DNA of 64,000 nucleotides from Eledone cirrhosa (taxonomy: Eukaryota), in the NCBI GenBank assembly GCA_964016885.1, contig OZ024741.1, positions 256,184,001 through 256,248,000 on the forward strand. Reading direction: 5' to 3'. A program made the position numbers and the translations under genes. Each line of letters opens with the position of its first letter. Positions within the stretch are counted from its first letter, which is position 1. The notes under the pieces were generated by a model. It saw only the letters and a list, made by a program, of their open reading frames with translations. It had not been told where the DNA came from and made no database searches. Positions 57,201-64,000 of this stretch are shown here, piece by piece.

Positions 57201-58452
57201 GAGTGTTTCGACTTACGAGTGTTTCGGCGTATGAGTGTTTTGACTTACGAGTGTTTCGACTTACGAGTGTTTCGACTTACGAGTGTTTCGAATTACGAGT
57301 GTTTCGACTTACGAGTGTTTTGACTTACGAGTGTTTTGACTTACGGTGTTTCTGCTTACGAGTGTTTCGACTTTCGAGTGTTATGACTTACGGGTGTTTT
57401 GACATACGAGTGTTTCGACTTACGAGTCTTTCGGCTTACGAGTGTTTCGACTTACTAATGTTTTTACTTACGAGTGTTTCGGCTTACGAGTGTTTCGGCT
57501 TATGAGTGTTTCGACTTACGAGTGCTTCGGCTTACGAGTGTTTCGACTTACGAGTATTTCGGCTTACGAGTGTTTCGTCGTACGAATGTTTTGGCTTACG
57601 AGTGTTTCGGCTTATGAGTGTTTCGGCTTACGAGTGTTTCGACTTACGAATGTTTCGGCTTACGAGTGTTTCAGTGTTTCGGCTTACGTGTGTTTCGACT
57701 TACGATTGTTTGGCTTACGAGTGTTCTGACTTACGAGTATTCTTACTTACGAGTGTTCCGACTTACGAGTGTTTCGGCTTACGAGTGTTTTGACTTACGA
57801 TTGTTTGGCTTACGAGTGTTCTGACTTACGGGTGTTCTGACTTACGAGTGTTCCGACTTACGAGTGTTTCGGCTTAAGAGGGTTTCGACTTACGAGTGCT
57901 TCGGCTTACGAGTGTTTCGACTTACGAGTGTTTCGGCTTACGAGTGTTTCGACTTACGAGTGTTCTGACTTACGAGTGTTCTGACTTACGAGTATTCTTA
58001 CTTACGAGTGTTCCGACTTAGAGTGTTTCGGCTTACGAGTGTTTCGGCTTATGAGTGTTTCGACTTACGAGTGCTTCGGTTTACGAGTGTTTCGGCTTAC
58101 GAGTGTTTTGACTTAAGGGTGTTTCGACTTACGAGTGTTTCGATACGAGTGTTTCGACTTACGAGTGTTTCGGCTTACGAGTGTTTCGACTTACGAGTGT
58201 TTCGACTTACGAGTGTTCCGATTTACGGGTGTTTCGACTTACGAGTGTTTTGGCTTACGGTGTTTCGACTTACGAGTGTTTCGAGTTAAGAGTGTTTTGA
58301 GTTACGAGTGTTCTGATTTACGAGTGTTCTGACTTACGAGTGTTCTGACTTACGAGTGTTCTGACTTACGAGTGTTCTGACTTACGAGTGTTCCGACTTT
58401 ACGAGTGTTTCGGCTCACGAGTGTTTCGGCTTACGAGTGTTTCGACTTACGA

Positions 58453-58521
58453 AAATAACAAATAGACGCGGTTTCAAATCTCTATGCTTTTCAAATTCAT
58501 TACATTAATCTTTATTTATAC
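58453..58521. repeat. 69-bp element copy 24
   Basis: Direct match. Confidence 0.97.
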
Positions 58522-59758
58522 GTTTCGCTTTACGAGTGTTTCGACTTACGAGTGTTTCGACATACGAGTGTTTCGACTTACGAATGTTTTTGCTTACGGG
58601 TGTTTCGACTTACGAATGTTTTTGCTTACGAGTGTTTCGGTTTACGAGTGTTCCGACTTACGAGTGTTCCGACTTACGAGTGTTTCGGCTTACGAGTGTT
58701 TCCGGCTTACGAGTGTTTCAACTTACAAGTGTTCTGACCTACGAGTGTTCTGATTTACGGATGTTTCGACACACGAGTGTTTCGAATTACGAGTGTTTCG
58801 ACTTACGAGTGTTTTGACTTACGGGTGTTTTGACATACGAGTGTTTCGATACGAGTGTTTCGACTTACGATTGTTCTGACTTACGAGTGTTCTGATTTAC
58901 GGATGTTTCGACATACGAGTGTTTCGACTTACGAGTGTTTCGACTTATGAGTGTTTCGACTTACGAGTGTTTCGGCTTACGAGTGTTTCGACTTACGAGT
59001 GTTTTGAATTACGGTGTTTCGGTTTACGAGTGTTTCGACTTACGAGTGTTTTGACTTACGGGTGTTTTGACATACGAGTGTTTCGATACGAGTGTTCTGA
59101 CTTACGAGTGTTCTGACTTACGAGTGTTCTGATTTACGAGTGTTCTGATTTACGGATGTTTCGACATACGAGTGTTTCGACTTACGAGTGTTTCGACTTA
59201 TGAGTGTTTCGACTTACGAGTGTTTCGGCTTACGAGTGTTTCGACTTACGAGTGTTTTGACTTACGGTGTTTCGGCTTACGAGTGTTTCGACTTACGAGT
59301 GTTTTGACTTACGGGTGTTTTGACATACGAGTGTTTCGATACGAGTGTTCTGACTTACGAGTGTTTCGACTTACGAGTGTTTCGGCGTATGAGTGTTTTG
59401 ACTTACGAGTGTTTCGACTTACGAGTGTTTCGAATTACGAGTGTTTCGACTTACGAGTGTTTTGACTTACGAGTGTTTTGACTTACGGTGTTTGTGCTTA
59501 CGAGTGTTTCGACTTACGAGTGTTATGACTTACGGGTGTTTTGACATACGAGTGTTTCGACTTACGAGTGTTTTGACTTACGGGTGTTTTGACATACGAG
59601 TGTTTCGATACGAGTGTTCTGACTTACGAGTGTTCTGACTTACGAGTGTTCTGACTTACGAGTGTTCTGACTTACGAGTGTTCTGACTTACGAGTGTTCC
59701 GACTTTACGAGTGTTTCGGCTCACGAGTGTTTCGGCTTACAAGTGTTTCGACTTACGA

Positions 59759-59827
59759 AAATAACAAATAGACGCGGTTTCAAATCTCTATGCTTTTCAA
59801 ATTCATTACATTAATCTTTATTTATAC
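59759..59827. repeat. 69-bp element copy 25 (counterpart of copy 11)
   Basis: Direct match; upstream GGCTTACAAGTG variant shared with copy 11. Confidence 0.97.
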
Positions 59828-61586
59828 GTTTCGCTTTACGAGTGTTTCGACTTACGAGTGTTTCGACATACGAGTGTTTCGGCTTACGAGTGTTTTGATT
59901 TACGAGTGTTTTGACTTACGGGTGCTTCGACTTACGCGTGTTTCGACTTACGAGTGTTTCGACTTATGAGTGTTTCGACTCACGAGTGTTTCGGCTTACG
60001 AGTGTTTTGACTTACGAATGTTTTGACTTACGATTGTTTCGGCTTACGAGTGTTTCGACTTACGAGTGTTCTGACTACGAGTGTTCTGACTTACGGGTGT
60101 TCTGACTTACGAGTGTTCCGACTTACGAGTGTTTCGGCTTATGAGTGTTTCGACTTACGAGTGCTTCGATTTACGAGTGTTTCGGCTTACGGGTGTTTCG
60201 ACTTACGAATGTTTTTGCTTACGAGTGTTTCGGCTTACGAGTGTTTCGGCTTATGAGTGTTTCGACTTACGAGTGTTTTGACTTACGGGTGTTTTGACAT
60301 ACGAGTGTTTCGATACGATTGTTCTGACTTACGAGTGTTTCCGCTTACGAGTGTTTCGGCTTACGAGTGTTTCGACTTACTAATGTTTTTACTTGCGAGT
60401 GTTTCGGTGTACGAGTGTTTCGACTTAAGGATGTTTCGAATTACGAGTGTTTCGACTTACGAGTGTTTCGACTTACGAGTGTTTCGACTTACGAGTGTTT
60501 TGGCTTACGAATGTTTTGACTTACGGGTGTTTCGACTTACGAGTGTTTCGGCTTATGAGTGTTTCGACTTACGGGCGTTTCGACTTACGGGTGTTTCGAC
60601 TTACGAGTGTTTTGGCTTACGAATGTTTTGACTTACGGGTGTTTCGACTTACGAGTGTTTCGACTTATGAGTGTTTCGACTTACGAGTGTTTCGGCTTAT
60701 GAGTGTTTCGACTTACGAGTGCTTCGGCTTACGAGTGTTTCGACTTACGAGTATTTCGGCTTACGAGTGTTTCGTCGTACGAATGTTTTGGCTTACGAGT
60801 GTTTCGGCTTATGAGTGTTTCGGCTTACGAGTGTTTCGACTTACGAGTGTTTCGGCTTACGAGTGTTTCAGTGTTTCGGCTTACGTGTGTTTCGACTTAC
60901 GATTGTTTGGCTTACGAGTGTTCTGACTTACGAGTATTCTTACTTACGAGTGTTCCGACTTACGAGTGTTTCGGCTTACGAGTGTTTTGACTTACGATTG
61001 TTTGGCTTACGAGTGTTCTGACTTACGAGTGTTCCGACTTACGAGTGTTTCGGCTTATGAGGGTTTCGACTTACGAGTGCTTCGGCTTACGAGTGTTTCG
61101 ACTTACGAGTGTTTCGGCTTACGAGTGTTTCGACTTACGAGTGTTCTGACTTACGAGTGTTCTGACTTACGAGTATTCTTACTTACGAGTGTTCCGACTT
61201 ACGAGTGTTTCGGCTTACGAGTGTTTCGGCTTATGAGTGTTTCGACTTACGAGTGCTTCGGTTTACGAGTGTTTCGGCTTACGAGTGTTTTGACTTAAGG
61301 GTGTTTCGACTTACGAGTGTTTCGATACGAGTGTTTCGACTTACGAGTGTTTCGGCTTACGAGTGTTTCGACTTACGAGTGTTTCGACTTACGAGTGTTC
61401 CGATTTACGGGTGTTTCGACTTACGAGTGTTTTGGCTTACGGTGTTTCGACTTACGAGTGTTCTGACTTACGAGTGTTCTGACTTACGAGTGTTCTGACT
61501 TACGAGTGTTCTGACTTACGAGTGTTCCGACTTTACGAGTGTTTCGGCTCACGAGTGTTTCGGCTTACGAGTGTTTCGACTTACGA

Positions 61587-61655
61587 AAATAACAAATAGA
61601 CGCGGTTTCAAATCTCTATGCTTTTCAAATTCATTACATTAATCTTTATTTATAC
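61587..61655. repeat. 69-bp element copy 26
   Basis: Direct match. Confidence 0.97.
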
Positions 61656-64000
61656 GTTTCGCTTTACGAGTGTTTCGACTTACGAGTGTTTCGACATACG
61701 AGTGTTTCGACTTACGAATGTTTTTGCCTACGGGTGTTTCGACTTACGAATGTTTTTGCTTACGAGTGTTTCGGTTTACGAGTGTTCCGACTTACGAGTG
61801 TTCCGACTTACGAGTGTTTCGGCTTACGAGTGTTTCCGGCTTACGAGTGTTTCAACTTACAAGTGTTCTGACTTACGAGTGTTCTGATTTACGGATGTTT
61901 CGACACACGAGTGTTTCGAATTACGAGTGTTTCGACTTACGAGTGTTTTGACTTACGGGTGTTTTGACATACGAGTGTTTCGATACGAGTGTTTCGACTT
62001 ACGATTGTTCTGACTTACGAGTGTTCTGATTTACGGATGTTTCGACATACGAGTGTTTCGACTTACGAGTGTTTCGACTTATGAGTGTTTCGACTTACGA
62101 GTGTTTCGGCTTACGAGTGTTTCGACTTACGAGTGTTTTGACTTACGGTGTTTCGGCTTACGAGTGTTTCGACTTACGAGTGTTTTGACTTACGGGTGTT
62201 TTGACATACGAGTGTTTCGATACGAGTGTTCTGACTTACGAGTGTTCTGACTTACGAGTGTTTTGACTTACGAGTGTTCTGACTTACGGGTGTTTCGTCT
62301 TACGAGTATGTTTGGCTTACGAGTGTTTCGACTTACGAGTGTTTTGACTTACGAGTGTTCTGATTTACGGATGTTTCGACATACGAGTGTTTCGACTTAC
62401 GAGTGTTTCGACTTATGAGTGTTTCGACTTACGAGTGTTTCGGCTTACGAGTGTTTCGACTTACGAGTGTTTTGACTTACGGGTGTTTTGACATACGAGT
62501 GTTTCGATACGAGTGTTCTGACTTACGAGTGTTCTGACTTACGAGTGTTTTGACTTACGAGTGTTCTGACTTACGAGTGTTCCGACTTACGAGTGTTCCG
62601 ACTTACGAGTGTTTCGGCTTACGAGTGTTTCCGGCTTACGAGTGTTTCGACTTCCGAGTGTTTTGACTTACGGTGTTTCGGCTTACGAGTGATTCGACTT
62701 ACGAGTGTTTTGACTTACGGGTGATTTGACTTACGGGTGTTGTGAATTACGAGTGTTCCGATTTACGAGTGTTTTGACTTACGGTGTTTCGGCTTACGAG
62801 TGATTCGACTTACGAATGTTTTGACTTACGGGTGTTTCGGCTTGCGAGTGTTTCGACTTACGAGTGTTTCGGCTTATGGGTGTTTCGACTTACTAATGTT
62901 TTTACTTACGAGTGTTTCGGCGTACGAGTGTTTTGACTTACGAGTGTTTCGACTTACGAGTGTTTCGACTTAAGAGTGTTTCGGCTTACGTGAGTTTCGA
63001 CTTAAGAGTGTTCTGATTTACGAGTGTTCTGACTTGCGGGTGTTCTGATTTACGAGTGTTCCGACTTACGAGTGTTTCGGCTTATTAGTGTTTCGACTTA
63101 CGAGTGTTTCGGCTTACGAGTGTTTCGACTTATGGGTGTTTCGACTTACGAGTGTTTTTACTTACGGTGTTTCGGCTTACGAGTGTTTCGACATACGAGT
63201 GTTTTGACTTACGGGTGTTTCGACTTACGAGTGTTTTGACTTACGAATGTTTTGACTTACGGGTGTTTCGGCTTACGAGTGTTTCGACTTACGAGTGTTT
63301 CGGCTTACGAGTGTTTCGACTTACTAATGTTCTTACTTACGAGTGTTTCGGCGTACGAGAGTTTTGACTTACGAGTGTTTCGACTTACGAGTGTTTCGAC
63401 TTACGAGTGTTTTGACTTACGAATGTTTTGACTTACGGGTGTTTCGGCTGACGAGTGTTTCGACTTACGAGTCTTTCGGCTTACGAGTGTTTCGACTTAC
63501 TAATGTTTTTACTTACGAGTGTTTCGGCGTACGAGTGTTTCGACTTACGAGTGTTTCGACTTACGGGTGTTTTGACTTAAGGGTGTTTCGACTTACGAGT
63601 ATTTTTGGCTTACGAGTGTTTCGACTTACGAGTGTTTTGACTTACGAGTGTTCTGATTTACGGATGTTTCGACATACGAGTGTTTCGACTTACGAGTGTT
63701 TCGACTTATGAGTGTTTCGACTTACGAGTGTTTCGGCTTATGAGTGTTTCGACTTACGAGTGTTTCGACTTACGAGTGTTTCGACTTACGAGTGTTTCGA
63801 CTTACGAGTGTTTTGCCTTACGAATGTTTTGACTTACGGGTGTTTCGAAATACGAGTGTTTCGGCTTATGAGTGTTTCGACTTACGGGCGTTTCGACTTA
63901 CGGGTGTTTCGACTTACGAGTGTTTTGGCTTACGAATGTTTTGACTTACGGGTGTTTCGACTTACGAGTGTTTCGACTTATGAGTGTTTCGACTTACGAG

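Larger units (their letters stand above)
31656..58452. repeat. Macro-repeat unit 2 (26,797 bp)
   Basis: Collinear with unit 1 apart from block indels. Offset of 26,797 for 27442/54239, 28928/55725 and 31687/58484. Confidence 0.93.
1..64000. repeat. 16-bp monomer satellite array (consensus GACTTACGAGTGTTTC), about 3,900 head-to-tail copies, open at both window ends
   Basis: Continuous 16-bp periodicity read directly. Recurrent variants include GGCTT, TTTTG, TTCTG, TTCCG, ACGGG, TATGAG and GACAT, plus occasional 14/15/17-bp monomers. No inversion seen. Copy number is estimated from length. Confidence 0.99.
58453..64000. repeat. Internally deleted macro-unit 3 and following sequence; about 59.9-64.0 kb repeats about 52.5-56.6 kb at offset 7,379
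   Basis: The offset to unit 1 switches from 55,204 (3968/59172) to 34,192 (25249/59441) near 59,360. Offset 7,379 holds for 52532/59911, 54239/61618 and 55725/63104. Confidence 0.85.

Noticed and set aside
3249-61655. CRISPR-like arrangement of a constant repeat with variable intervals
   Set aside because: The intervals are 1.3-4.9 kb of satellite rather than unique 25-45 bp spacers, the 69-bp repeat is too long, and there are no cas genes or leader.
217-63944. Hundreds of + strand ORFs with LRVFRLTSVSTYECFD-like repeats
   Set aside because: The consensus 16-mer has no stop codon in any + frame, so three monomers (48 bp) give the same 16-aa cycle in all frames. The ORFs overlap in all frames, mostly start at GTG, and end at random TGA-creating variants. 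The minus strand has a TAA in every monomer, which explains the absence of minus ORFs.
1-64000. Telomerase-made long telomeric repeat (some yeasts use 16-26 bp GT-rich units)
   Set aside because: The array is at least 64 kb long, variant strings are inherited in kb-scale HORs, and embedded elements are present, all pointing to recombinational amplification. There are no G-runs and no match to a telomere repeat I recognise. A recombination-maintained subtelomeric array is not excluded.

Overview
The whole 64 kb is one head-to-tail satellite array on a single orientation. It is built from a 16-bp monomer (consensus GACTTACGAGTGTTTC, about 44% GC, roughly 3,900 copies) and contains no credible genes. 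The only non-monomer sequence is a 69-bp, 75% AT element (AAATAACAAATAGACGCGGTTTCAAATCTCTATGCTTTTCAAATTCATTACATTAATCTTTATTTATAC), present in 26 near-identical copies with fixed flanking monomer variants. The array is organised in nested levels: 16 bp, 223-334 bp blocks, a 1,558-bp higher-order repeat (HOR) carrying one element each, about 4.5-kb duplications, and a 27-28 kb macro-repeat. A third macro-unit appears to carry a 21-kb internal deletion. All listed ORFs are artefacts of a monomer with no stop codon on the + strand. The most likely context is eukaryotic heterochromatic or (peri)centromeric satellite DNA, but organism and function cannot be determined from this window.
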